Below the pieces are notes generated by a model that worked only from the letters and a program-made list of their open reading frames with translations, did no database searches and had not been told where the DNA came from. Positions 10,313-19,443 of a DNA stretch of 64,000 nt are shown here, piece by piece. The position numbers were made by a program, and so were the translations under genes. Numbering within the stretch: the stretch's first letter is position 1; every line of letters starts with the position of its first letter. Source of the DNA: an uncultured Candidatus Micrarchaeota archaeon (lineage in GTDB: Archaea > Micrarchaeota > Micrarchaeia > Anstonellales > Bilamarchaeaceae); NCBI GenBank assembly GCA_963723105.1, contig CAVRPK010000002.1:121098-185097 (forward strand), read 5' to 3'.

Positions 10313-11068
10313 CTATTTTTTTGATTTAGACTTTTTTGTCTTCTTTTTTACAGCTGGTTTTGATTTGAAGAATGAATATGCCAATCCTCCAAGAACAATT
10401 ACTGCTGCAATTATGACTAGGTATCCCATGTTTAATTCGCTGTTCTTGACTACTATTGGCTGTGATTCTTCCATAAGATCCACAATATCAAAAGTAGCTG
10501 TTGAACCATCCACAACACCAGAAACATTGCCAGCGCGAGCCTCATCAATGGCAGTTGGCACAGTTATCTGATAACTTAGATTAACCTTGAATCTTCGAAG
10601 AAACCCTGCATTTTCCTTATTCTCTTCTTCATTATAAAGATCAATCGCATCTGCAGATCCTTCAACTCCTCCTTCAATTACTCCTGCTTTTCGAAGTAAC
10701 CTATCAAGAGAAACACTGAAAACATCTGTTGGTATCTTTTTTTGTGTTAGAGTGTATGTGATAAACGGAATTCCATAGTTTACTTGGAAATTATAGTGTT
10801 CTCCAGCGGAGAAACTTTCAGTTATTGTGATAACCTTCCCATCAACACTGCACCGAAGCTCTGGATCTACTGAACAAAGATCTGACACCTTTTCCATTGA
10901 TCCATCTTCAAAATCTGTCATAAAAGCTGAGATATCCATAGTTTTGGTTATCTCCGAATTTCCTTCGCGATCAACAATGTGGATGTATGACTGATCCAAA
11001 CCTGCACTAACAAGTGTGCACATAAGCAGAATTACTAATATCTCCCGTCTCATGTAATCGAACTCCAT
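10313..11068 (-). CDS. Hypothetical secreted protein with C-terminal membrane anchor
   Basis: Signal peptide, C-terminal TM helix and Lys-rich tail. Confidence 0.7.
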   Translation of the reverse strand: MEFDYMRREILVILLMCTLVSAGLDQSYIHIVDREGNSEITKTMDISAFMTDFEDGSMEKVSDLCSVDPELRCSVDGKVITITESFSAGEHYNFQVNYGIPFITYTLTQKKIPTDVFSVSLDRLLRKAGVIEGGVEGSADAIDLYNEEENKENAGFLRRFKVNLSYQITVPTAIDEARAGNVSGVVDGSTATFDIVDLMEESQPIVVKNSELNMGYLVIIAAVIVLGGLAYSFFKSKPAVKKKTKKSKSKK

Positions 11069-11069
11069 G

Positions 11070-11978
11070 TTAACTTTTAATACGCTTTCTATATCTCTGA
11101 ACCATCTGGGAAATGCCTTTTTTTATTGAAATTGGAGAAAAACCAATTTCTTGCCTTGCTTTGCTACAGTTAAATTCACGATCACTGGAAAGTACTGCAA
11201 TATCTTCAGGAATGAATTTTGCACTTCCTCCAAAATGAGTTGATCTGAAAAGTTCATATTGTGCAAATATCTTTGCAAGGAAAACTGATGTGTGTTTTGC
11301 TGGAGCCTCTACTCCAAGTTCATTTGCTGCAATTTCAAATATTTCTTTTTGAGCTTTGCATTCTCCAACAAGAACATATTTTCCAATTCCTTTTTCTATT
11401 GAATTTATGATGGCATCTGCAACATCGTCAACGTGGACAAATGGGATTCTGTTTTTCCCATCTCCTATAATTTTCATCTTCCTCTTTTCAATTAACCCTA
11501 GAATCTTGAAGTATTCTTCAAATCCCGGGCCATAAATAGGTCCAATTCTGAGAATAGCATGATTTGGATGTTTTTCAACAAGTTTTTCTGCTTCTATTTT
11601 TGTTTTTGAATACGGAGTATCTGGATGAAGCGAAGAGTTCTCATCAGCAGGTATCTCTGCAAGTTTTTTTCCATATACTGAAATTGAACTGCTGAAAATA
11701 ATCTTTGCTGCCCTTGGCGATGCATGTACAATTTTTCTGCTCAGCTCTACATTTCCTTCCCATGCCTTTTTCTGATCAAGAAAGTCTCTTGAGCCTGCAA
11801 GATGAATTATGGCATCTGCATCCTTGAGAATTTTTTCTAAGTTTGCTATTGAAAAATCGCTTAGAATCTCATCTTTAAGGCCACTCTTCGCTCTAACAAT
11901 CGGAATTGCATCACATTTGCTTAGAATCACTCTGCCAAGCCTTCCACTTGCGCCAGTAATGTAGACCTTATTTGCCAT
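11070..11978 (-). CDS. NAD-dependent epimerase/dehydratase (extended SDR)
   Basis: TGASGRLG, SSISVYG, YSKTK and FVHVDD motifs. Confidence 0.93.
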   Translation of the reverse strand: MANKVYITGASGRLGRVILSKCDAIPIVRAKSGLKDEILSDFSIANLEKILKDADAIIHLAGSRDFLDQKKAWEGNVELSRKIVHASPRAAKIIFSSSISVYGKKLAEIPADENSSLHPDTPYSKTKIEAEKLVEKHPNHAILRIGPIYGPGFEEYFKILGLIEKRKMKIIGDGKNRIPFVHVDDVADAIINSIEKGIGKYVLVGECKAQKEIFEIAANELGVEAPAKHTSVFLAKIFAQYELFRSTHFGGSAKFIPEDIAVLSSDREFNCSKARQEIGFSPISIKKGISQMVQRYRKRIKS

Positions 11979-13572
11979 ATTTTTTGTTCAGCTCTTCCAT
12001 TTTTTTATCAAGCTTTTTCTCAGCTTCAAGCCTTTCAAGTCCATACTCTTGCATGTCCATATATTTCATTCCAGCAGCAAGGTTTGGATGAACTTTCTCA
12101 ATTTCTCTAAACATGTTTTGAGCAACTCTCCTATAATCAATATGCCCTTGCATTGCACTTCGAAGTTCAAGCAAATGGTATGCTTCTCTAATGTTGTATG
12201 TCATATACCAGCGAATATTATATGCAAGTGGGATAACATACTGTGCTTCTTTTTTGAATTTTTTTGAGATCTGTTCATATGTGTTTTTTGCTTCTTCCAT
12301 TACATTTGTAAATTCATTTTGATATCCAGAATCAACTAATTCTGCTGGTAGTTTGTATCCAAGATGAGGTCCTAGCAGCTGTCTTTCCTGAGTTAAAATT
12401 CTATGTCTGTGAATGTCTCGATATGCACCGTAGTTTGCAACTACATCAAAAGTATAGTATGCATGCTCAAATCCTCTTCCTGGTTTTTGTCTTCTGTTTC
12501 CTCTTTCATTGATGTATTTGCTGATTACTGTTTGTTTTTCCTCATCGCTCATCTGATCAACAATTCTTGAAATTTCTTCCATGGATTGTTCAAGATAAGG
12601 ATAAAGTGCAGCAATAATGATTTTTCTCTCTGCATCATTATCGTATTCAATCAATTTTACTCCTTCTTCACCACCAGAGCCTGGATATTTGCCTGCAAGC
12701 TCTCCCATGTCAGATCTAACTTTTTTGAGATAATCCTGCATTGCAATTCCATATTTGTTGTTTGCCCGTTTGACAAATGAAGGAATTACTTTTGCAAGCT
12801 CCCCCTGCATATTGCCCGCAAGATCACGAATTTCAGCAAGATCATCTCCATACATTTTTGTAATCAGGTACTCGTATGCTCTTCCATCCCCGAAGAATCC
12901 CATGTTTGTTAATGTGGATGCTGGAAGAAGTCCCCTTAGAATATCGCATGTTTTTGCCCTCACAGTTGATCTGTATGCCCTATCGCTTGTCTCTTCATCC
13001 TTTGGTTCTTTTTCCATGATGTATCCTGAGACTTTTGGAACTAGATCGGAATATGTCTGGAAGCACAAATCACATGTTTTGGTGTATATGTCTGCAAATT
13101 CAGAATTCATGATGGTTTTTTCTTTGAGGTATGGCCAAGAGCCATCATCTCTTTTTTTATCAAAATAAACATATCGCGTTGATTTTTCAAGAGGTGAGAG
13201 GCCAATTCTTGCATCTTCAACAATTTTTGTTGCAATTATTGAGATCTCTTCAAGAGCGATATGCGCGCCTGCCAGCTCGGCAACAGAATCATCCCCATAA
13301 CCAACGAGTATCCTGTCGTAAAATTCTTCTGCTTTTTTTGTTTTGACAAGACTATCTCTTCCAAGGCTTTGAAATCCTTCAATTCCAAGTTCTTCTGATT
13401 GCATAAATTCTTTGAGCAAGACTTTTCGAAGACTGTTTGCACTTCTACTATATCTTGAAAACAAGGCCCCTTTGACAACCTCTGGAAGGTTTGTTAAGAC
13501 GAACACGGATTTATCCATGTTTGTTACAAATGGCTCTAATAATTTCCTCTCTTCTTCACTAAACTCGTCCAT
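11968..13572 (-). CDS. thyX: FAD-dependent thymidylate synthase, long two-domain form
   Basis: YGDDSVAEL, EKSTRY, RDIHRHR and ELRSAMQGHIDYR motifs. Confidence 0.92.
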   Translation of the reverse strand: MDEFSEEERKLLEPFVTNMDKSVFVLTNLPEVVKGALFSRYSRSANSLRKVLLKEFMQSEELGIEGFQSLGRDSLVKTKKAEEFYDRILVGYGDDSVAELAGAHIALEEISIIATKIVEDARIGLSPLEKSTRYVYFDKKRDDGSWPYLKEKTIMNSEFADIYTKTCDLCFQTYSDLVPKVSGYIMEKEPKDEETSDRAYRSTVRAKTCDILRGLLPASTLTNMGFFGDGRAYEYLITKMYGDDLAEIRDLAGNMQGELAKVIPSFVKRANNKYGIAMQDYLKKVRSDMGELAGKYPGSGGEEGVKLIEYDNDAERKIIIAALYPYLEQSMEEISRIVDQMSDEEKQTVISKYINERGNRRQKPGRGFEHAYYTFDVVANYGAYRDIHRHRILTQERQLLGPHLGYKLPAELVDSGYQNEFTNVMEEAKNTYEQISKKFKKEAQYVIPLAYNIRWYMTYNIREAYHLLELRSAMQGHIDYRRVAQNMFREIEKVHPNLAAGMKYMDMQEYGLERLEAEKKLDKKMEELNKKYGK

Positions 13573-13600
13573 GGATTTTTCTTTCTCAAAAACCCTTTTT

Positions 13601-13728
13601 ATTGTATTGTAAAATTAACAGATTTCCATTGACAGTGCTATGTGCTGTCAATTTTTGAAAACTTGAATAGTTCTCAATCCAATGATGACAACTATTTTAG
13701 CAAATTTGTCATTGTATTGTAAAATTAA
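13601..13728. repeat. 18-bp direct repeat flanking three hairpins
   Basis: ATTGTATTGTAAAATTAA occurs at 13601-13618 and 13711-13728. Confidence 0.7.
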
Positions 13729-13731
13729 AAA

Positions 13732-14952
13732 TTAAGATTTGCCTGGAAGAAGGGCACTGAGCACTCCAAGCATCTGCGGCCTTGTTGCCACAACTTTTGC
13801 AACTACTCCAGCAAAGTTACCATCCATAATATGCATAAGGTCGGTATCATTTATGCAATTGAATATGTGGTTGAAATCATCATCACTGATCTTTTCAGTA
13901 ACTTTTCGAAGAAGAAGCCTCTTATCAACTGTTGAGCCCGGTTCAACTCTCCACTGCTTTTCATATTCAAAGAGAGTTTCCTTGCTGTAATCTTTCTTTT
14001 CCTTTGCCTTAATTGCGACCTTTGCAGCCATGATCCCAGTTTGCATTGCAAGTCCTATTCCTCCGCCGTGAATTGGGTCAACTTGTTTTGCTGCAGTTCC
14101 AATAACCATACAACTGTCCTTTACAAATTCGTTGATTGGAGCTCCGACTGAAATAACTCCGCCAAAATCAAGAAGACTGCTTGAATCTTTTAGCTGATCA
14201 TGATCTTGAATAAATCTATCGAGGTACTCTTTTGGAGTTGCACCTTTCATTCCGCCTCTTTTTTCACCACTTTCAAGCTGCCCACCAATGCCAATACCAA
14301 CATTTGCTTTTCGATCTGATTTTGGGAAAATCCAAACATAGCCTCGTGGGGCAATTGCATTTCCAAAGTATAATTCAATCAGGTTCTCATGGTCATATGG
14401 CTTCATTTCATACTGGTAGCATGTATCAACATCATAGAGCTGATGCACTGTTTTGAATCCCATATCTCTTGCCATAAATGATTCCATACCCTCGGCAGAA
14501 ACGATTAATGGAGCATGAACTTCATATGGATCTCTTCCACCATGACTAAGCTTTACTCCGTTTGGTTTTCCATGTTCGTCTTTGAGAACTTCAGTTGCTC
14601 TGGTGTATGTTTTTACCTTTGCTCCTTTGTTGATTGCAAGTTCACAAAGCCATTTGTCAAATATCTTTCTCTCAAGAACATACCCCTTGGTATCCTCAGT
14701 TTTCCAGACTATTGATTTTCCGTTTGGAGCAATAACTTTAGCCCCGTCAACTGGCGTGGAATAGCATTCTCTTGGAATATCAAGTCCTTCTTTGATCAAA
14801 TCTCCGACTCCAAGTCCTTCTCCGCATCTTACCGGAACTCCAATTTCCTTTCTCTTGTCAACTACAAGAACGTCTAGTCCAGCACCTGCTGCAATTCTGG
14901 CAAAACTGCTTCCAGCTGGTCCCCCTCCAATAACAATTACGTCGTGATCCAT
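13732..14952 (-). CDS. Geranylgeranyl reductase family flavoprotein (digeranylgeranylglycerophospholipid reductase-like)
   Basis: Start reassigned to MDHDVIVIGGGPAG; PVRCGEG, GYVWIFPK and DPIHGGGI motifs. Confidence 0.9.
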   Translation of the reverse strand: MDHDVIVIGGGPAGSSFARIAAGAGLDVLVVDKRKEIGVPVRCGEGLGVGDLIKEGLDIPRECYSTPVDGAKVIAPNGKSIVWKTEDTKGYVLERKIFDKWLCELAINKGAKVKTYTRATEVLKDEHGKPNGVKLSHGGRDPYEVHAPLIVSAEGMESFMARDMGFKTVHQLYDVDTCYQYEMKPYDHENLIELYFGNAIAPRGYVWIFPKSDRKANVGIGIGGQLESGEKRGGMKGATPKEYLDRFIQDHDQLKDSSSLLDFGGVISVGAPINEFVKDSCMVIGTAAKQVDPIHGGGIGLAMQTGIMAAKVAIKAKEKKDYSKETLFEYEKQWRVEPGSTVDKRLLLRKVTEKISDDDFNHIFNCINDTDLMHIMDGNFAGVVAKVVATRPQMLGVLSALLPGKS

Positions 14953-14953
14953 G

Positions 14954-15163
14954 TTAATCATCCTTTGGCAAGTCTGCGCATTTTTTGATGCCTTTGTGTA
15001 GGCAAATAACATTTGCAGGACAAACCCGTACACACAATCCACAGTCAATACATTTCTCTGGATAATGCTTTATTCTAGTTCCAACTGCTTCAAGTGCATT
15101 CACTGGACATACTGATGAACATCCAACACAAAAGATACAGCCTTCATGCTTAATAGTAATCAT
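14954..15163 (-). CDS. 2x[4Fe-4S] ferredoxin
   Basis: Two CxxCxxCxxxCP motifs; lies directly upstream of the GGR gene. Confidence 0.93.
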   Translation of the reverse strand: MITIKHEGCIFCVGCSSVCPVNALEAVGTRIKHYPEKCIDCGLCVRVCPANVICLHKGIKKCADLPKDD

Positions 15164-15195
15164 AGAACTTCCTCTATTAACAAAATAATTAAAAT

Positions 15196-15711
15196 CTAAT
15201 CTTTGAGCATTTTGATGATTTCATTTGCAAAATTGCCTGCGCTTTGTGGACTATCGCCTGTAATTATATTTCCGCTAACAATTACTGCTTCTGCCTTGTA
15301 GAGAGCTCCTCCGACTCTAAGTGCATCTAATCCATTTTTACTTGGGTAAACTGTTGCTACTTTTTCAGACAAAATTCCTGCCTTGGCAAGCGTCATTGGC
15401 CCAAGACATATTGCTGCAATGATCTTTCCAGCTTTGTATGCATTTGCAATAAGTTCAACAACTTCTTTTGTTTCTGCCAGTTTTGGGGATCCCGGACCTC
15501 CAATAACCACGTAACAATCAAAGTACTCTGGGTTTGCTTCAAAAAATGCCATATCAGGCAGAATGGTTGCTCCCATTGATCCTGTTGCTTTTGATCTGCT
15601 TGAGCTTGCAACCTTAACAACATGCCCTTCTTTCTCTAGCATTTCCTTTGGGACTAACAGCTCTTCGTCTCTAAAGCCCTCTTGAGCGACAATCATAAGC
15701 ACTTTTGACAT
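15196..15711 (-). CDS. DJ-1/PfpI family protein
   Basis: FRDEE, VIGGPGS and AAICLGP motifs. Confidence 0.93.
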   Translation of the reverse strand: MSKVLMIVAQEGFRDEELLVPKEMLEKEGHVVKVASSSRSKATGSMGATILPDMAFFEANPEYFDCYVVIGGPGSPKLAETKEVVELIANAYKAGKIIAAICLGPMTLAKAGILSEKVATVYPSKNGLDALRVGGALYKAEAVIVSGNIITGDSPQSAGNFANEIIKMLKD

Positions 15712-15761
15712 AAATACATTTCGAATCCAACATTTATATTGATTTTCTCCATATCCTTATC

Positions 15762-16601
15762 ATGAACCTAGTCAGTCCAAATTTCTCAGATCTAATGGAA
15801 TCCAATATCGAGTTCAAAAACTTCCCAGATGGCGACAGCTATATCCGAATTGAAAACCTATCCAGCTGCCAGGGCGAAGAAGTCAACCTGTTTCACAGAT
15901 TATACCCTGATCAAAACAACAGTATCTTTCATGCAATCCTTCTGCTCGATACTCTAAAGAGGGTAGGGGCAAGAGCAACCTTAGTTACTCCATATCTCCC
16001 ATACTCTCGTCAGGATAAAACATTTAAGGAAGGAGAAGCTCTCAGTGCCCAGGTTCTCTGTTCCATGTTAGCTCATGCGGGTGCCCAAAGGCTCATTACT
16101 CTTGACTGCCACTTTTTGAAAAAAGAGGGCGAGTTTGAATATGGCGGACTCAAAATCAAAAACATCAGCGCAAACAAGTTGCTAATTGAACATGCAAAGA
16201 AACTTCTTGGAGAAGATGAACTTGAAATTATTTCTCCAGATCAGGGGGCAAACTATCTTGTAACTGAATTTGGAGGCAAGAGCATGACCAAAGTCCGCGG
16301 CGAATACCAGGAAGGAAATGAAGCTTATAGGACAATTGACAAAGTCGAGGGAAACTTTGATGTCGAAGGCAAAAATGTTCTGATTATTGATGATATGATT
16401 TCAACCGGAGGAACAATGGTTCGTGCAGTTGGCAATGTCAGAAATGGAAAGGCAAAAAAAGTTCTTTGTGCTGCAACTCACGGATTCTTTCTCAAGGGAT
16501 CTCTTGAGAAATTGCTGGATGTTTCTGATGGTGTTTTCACTACCAATTCAATTCCAAATGAAGCTGCCAAAGTGGATGTAATGCAATTGCTTAAGTTGTA
16601 A
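15762..16601 (+). CDS. prs: Ribose-phosphate pyrophosphokinase
   Basis: FPDGD, PYLPYSRQDK, SPDQG and IIDDMISTGGT motifs. Confidence 0.94.
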   Translation: MNLVSPNFSDLMESNIEFKNFPDGDSYIRIENLSSCQGEEVNLFHRLYPDQNNSIFHAILLLDTLKRVGARATLVTPYLPYSRQDKTFKEGEALSAQVLCSMLAHAGAQRLITLDCHFLKKEGEFEYGGLKIKNISANKLLIEHAKKLLGEDELEIISPDQGANYLVTEFGGKSMTKVRGEYQEGNEAYRTIDKVEGNFDVEGKNVLIIDDMISTGGTMVRAVGNVRNGKAKKVLCAATHGFFLKGSLEKLLDVSDGVFTTNSIPNEAAKVDVMQLLKL

Positions 16602-16612
16602 CTGTAGAATCA

Positions 16613-17905
16613 TTATTTTATTATTTTTTCATATTCAGCAACTAGTTTTTCTGCTTCTTCTATTGTTTTTGCCTCAGCAAAAACTCTGACATAATCTTCA
16701 GTTCCAGAAGCGCGAACAATTACCCATGCGCCCTCAAGATTAATACGAACTCCATCAACATCAAGATAATTGAGGTTGTTTGCTTTTGCATGCTCAAGAA
16801 CTTTTGCAACTATCTGTTTTTTCTCTTCTGCATTTGCCTTGATTTTATGCTTTACATTATGGTATTCAGGAATTTCCTCAAGCCATTTGCTGAGTTTTTT
16901 TTCAGAGAGTTTTTTTAGTAGAACTGCTCCGGTCATAAAGCCGTCTTTTGCAAGGCAAAGCTCTGGCCATATAACTCCGCCAACCTCTTCTCCTCCCATT
17001 ACTGCTTCTTTTTTGACCATCTCCTCACAGAGATACGGAGCTCCTATTGCAGTGTATCTGACATTTTCTGAAATATCTTCAATTGCTTTGCTGGTTGCAA
17101 CTGTAGTAACAACATCTCCCTTTTTTTCATTCCAAAGAATAGAGAGTGCAAATACTTTATCTCCAATAACATATTCTCCAGTCTCATCAACAAAAATTAC
17201 CCGATCTCCATCAGCATCCCATGCAATTCCAGCATCTGCATTTGTTGATTTTACTGTTATTATCAATTCTTTTACATTGTCTTTGGTTGGCTCAGATGGC
17301 CTTCCAGGAAACTTTCCATCGAGGTGTGAGTTTAGCGTAACAATTTCTGCTCCAAGTTCTTTGAAAAGTGCTGGTGCAATCACTGCTGCAGTTCCATTTC
17401 CGCAATCCAGTACGATTTTCTTTTTTTCAACTGCTCCAACTAGCTTTTTAATTGCATTAATGTGATCCTTTGTTGCATTTTCATAGCGTGTTATTCTCCC
17501 AACTTTATCCCATGATGCGAGATCTCCGTCCATCAATTCTTCGATTTTTTCTCCACGCTCTTTTGAAATGGCAATCCCATTTCCATCAACTACTTTTATT
17601 GCATTCCACTCCGGAGGATTATGGGATGCGGTAATAATTACGCATCCATCTGCTTTGAGCTTTTTTATCATAAATTCGGCTGTTGGTGAGCTTACTATCC
17701 CAAGATCTATTACATCACACCCAACACTTGCAAGTCCTGAAACAACACTTGCCTTGAGAGTTCCGCCTGTTAATCTGCAATCACGTGCAACAATTATTTT
17801 TCCTTTTAAGTATCGTCCTATTGCTTGTGCTATTTTCATGGCAAGAGCAGGATCAAGTTCATTGAAAAGTCCCCTCACGCCGTTTGTTCCGAAATATTTC
17901 GCCAT
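16613..17905 (-). CDS. Phosphohexomutase (phosphoglucosamine/phosphomannomutase family)
   Basis: FGTNGVRG, TASHNP, DADGDR and RASGTE motifs. Confidence 0.94.
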   Translation of the reverse strand: MAKYFGTNGVRGLFNELDPALAMKIAQAIGRYLKGKIIVARDCRLTGGTLKASVVSGLASVGCDVIDLGIVSSPTAEFMIKKLKADGCVIITASHNPPEWNAIKVVDGNGIAISKERGEKIEELMDGDLASWDKVGRITRYENATKDHINAIKKLVGAVEKKKIVLDCGNGTAAVIAPALFKELGAEIVTLNSHLDGKFPGRPSEPTKDNVKELIITVKSTNADAGIAWDADGDRVIFVDETGEYVIGDKVFALSILWNEKKGDVVTTVATSKAIEDISENVRYTAIGAPYLCEEMVKKEAVMGGEEVGGVIWPELCLAKDGFMTGAVLLKKLSEKKLSKWLEEIPEYHNVKHKIKANAEEKKQIVAKVLEHAKANNLNYLDVDGVRINLEGAWVIVRASGTEDYVRVFAEAKTIEEAEKLVAEYEKIIK

Positions 17906-18037
17906 ATGTTAGATTTAGTTTCGAGGTTTAAAATGCTTCCGAAGCAGTTATTTCAGCTTTATTTTGATCAAGAAATGCAAAAATGAAACCTTTTAACTGT
18001 TAACTCAAAGTCTTCATACGGTGATACTATAGGTATT

Positions 18038-18334
18038 ATGTCTGAATTCAAGGATTTTTTGAAAGAATATAAGGTAGCGGGTCTTGCTGTTGCATTCATT
18101 ATGGGTGTTGCTACAACAGCTCTTGTGAAGTCCCTTGTCGATAATATTATCATGCCATTCATTGCTGTAGCTCTTCCAGATGGATCATGGCAGGAAGCAA
18201 CTGCTCAAATAGGACCGGCAATAATTGGCTGGGGTCCATTCTTGGCTGAACTTATAAATTTCCTGATAATAGCATTAGTTGTCTTCATGATTGCTAAACT
18301 TGTGCTCAAGGAACAAAAAGTCACAAAGAAATAA
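18038..18334 (+). CDS. mscL: Large-conductance mechanosensitive channel
   Basis: EFKDFL...LAVAFIMG...LVKSLVDNIIMP...INFLIIA. Confidence 0.92.
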   Translation: MSEFKDFLKEYKVAGLAVAFIMGVATTALVKSLVDNIIMPFIAVALPDGSWQEATAQIGPAIIGWGPFLAELINFLIIALVVFMIAKLVLKEQKVTKK

Positions 18335-18365
18335 CTTTTTCTTTTTTATCCTTTATTCTATAATC

Positions 18366-18884
18366 ATGGAAATTCATATTCTTCGTCTTGGTCACAGGCT
18401 TCCTCGTGATGAGAGGATCTCAACACATGTTGCACTTGTAGCTCGCGCTTTTGGAGCTGGGAAAATTACCTATTGCGGTCAGCATGATTCTGGCCTTGAG
18501 GATAGTATTTCCAGAATTTGCGAGAGGTGGGGCGGAGACTTTACAATTGAGTATTCTTCTAGCTATAAGAAAGTTATTTCTCAGTATAAAAAGCACGGTT
18601 ATTCTCTGGTTCATCTTACAATGTATGGTCTTCCGGTTCAGGATATCCTCTCAAAACTCAAGCTTGAAGAAAAGATTCTTCTGATTGTTGGTTCTGAAGC
18701 AGTTCCAGGAGATGTTTATGAGTCATCTAATTACAATGTCTCTGTCACTAACCAACCGCACAGTGAAGTAGCTGCACTTGCAATAACTCTTGATAGAATC
18801 TGCTCTGGAGCAGAACTTGAAGGCATTGATTTTGGCGGAAAGATTAAGATAAAACCCTCAGCAAAAGGGAAAGAATTTGTTTAG
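18366..18884 (+). CDS. trm56: tRNA (cytidine56-2'-O)-methyltransferase
   Basis: LRLGHR-PRDERISTHV, HLTMYG and NQPHSEVAAL motifs; start moved to the ATG at 18366. Confidence 0.95.
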   Translation: MEIHILRLGHRLPRDERISTHVALVARAFGAGKITYCGQHDSGLEDSISRICERWGGDFTIEYSSSYKKVISQYKKHGYSLVHLTMYGLPVQDILSKLKLEEKILLIVGSEAVPGDVYESSNYNVSVTNQPHSEVAALAITLDRICSGAELEGIDFGGKIKIKPSAKGKEFV

Positions 18885-18977
18885 CGATTTCAAATTTTAT
18901 TTTTATTGTATTTTTTCCAAAATTCCTCAAACAGAAAACTTTATATTTGATGCCTAATTGTATCTCTCGGGATTAAT

Positions 18978-19409
18978 ATGATGAAACTTATGGGTCTTGT
19001 TTTAACCGGAGCAGATGTGAAAAAGGCAACTAGCAGCATTCCAAAGAGTGTTAATGTTGATCTTGCAGTCACTAAAATCACAAAAAAAGATGCAACAACA
19101 ATTACTCTTGATTTTGCATATATAATTGATTATCTGCCAAAAATCGCAAGAGTAAGGTTGACTGGCCATGCATATTGTCAGGATAGCGCTCCTAACATCA
19201 GAAAAGCACTTTTAACCTATAAGAAAACCAAAAAACTTCCATTTGAAATTGCCGGCGAAGTTTTGAATATGATCAATGCCAATGCTGGAATGAATGCAAT
19301 TTTCTTAATTAGGCCATTTAATTTGCTTCCACCATTTATGCCTCCTTTAATTACTTCGGAGTCACTTGAGCCAAAACGAGTTAAAATGAAATCAAAGAAG
19401 AAAAAATAA
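18978..19409 (+). CDS. Conserved archaeal hypothetical protein, possibly SecB-like fold
   Basis: Beta-strand N-half, long helix and C-terminal NLLPPFMPP, resembling the LPP signature of SecB-like proteins (by eye). Confidence 0.5.
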   Translation: MMKLMGLVLTGADVKKATSSIPKSVNVDLAVTKITKKDATTITLDFAYIIDYLPKIARVRLTGHAYCQDSAPNIRKALLTYKKTKKLPFEIAGEVLNMINANAGMNAIFLIRPFNLLPPFMPPLITSESLEPKRVKMKSKKKK

Positions 19410-19443
19410 TTTTTTTCTTGCTATTTTTTTAAAAAATAAAAAA

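Noticed and set aside
14953..15048. N-terminal extension of the GGR ORF in the track
   Set aside because: It overlaps the ferredoxin gene; the Rossmann motif starts at the ATG at 14952.
16770..17465. 231-aa plus-strand ORF, and the many similar antisense ORFs (e.g. 34286-34879, 42177-42731, 58058-58702)
   Set aside because: These are shadow ORFs opposite well-supported genes, Ser/Phe-rich with no motifs.
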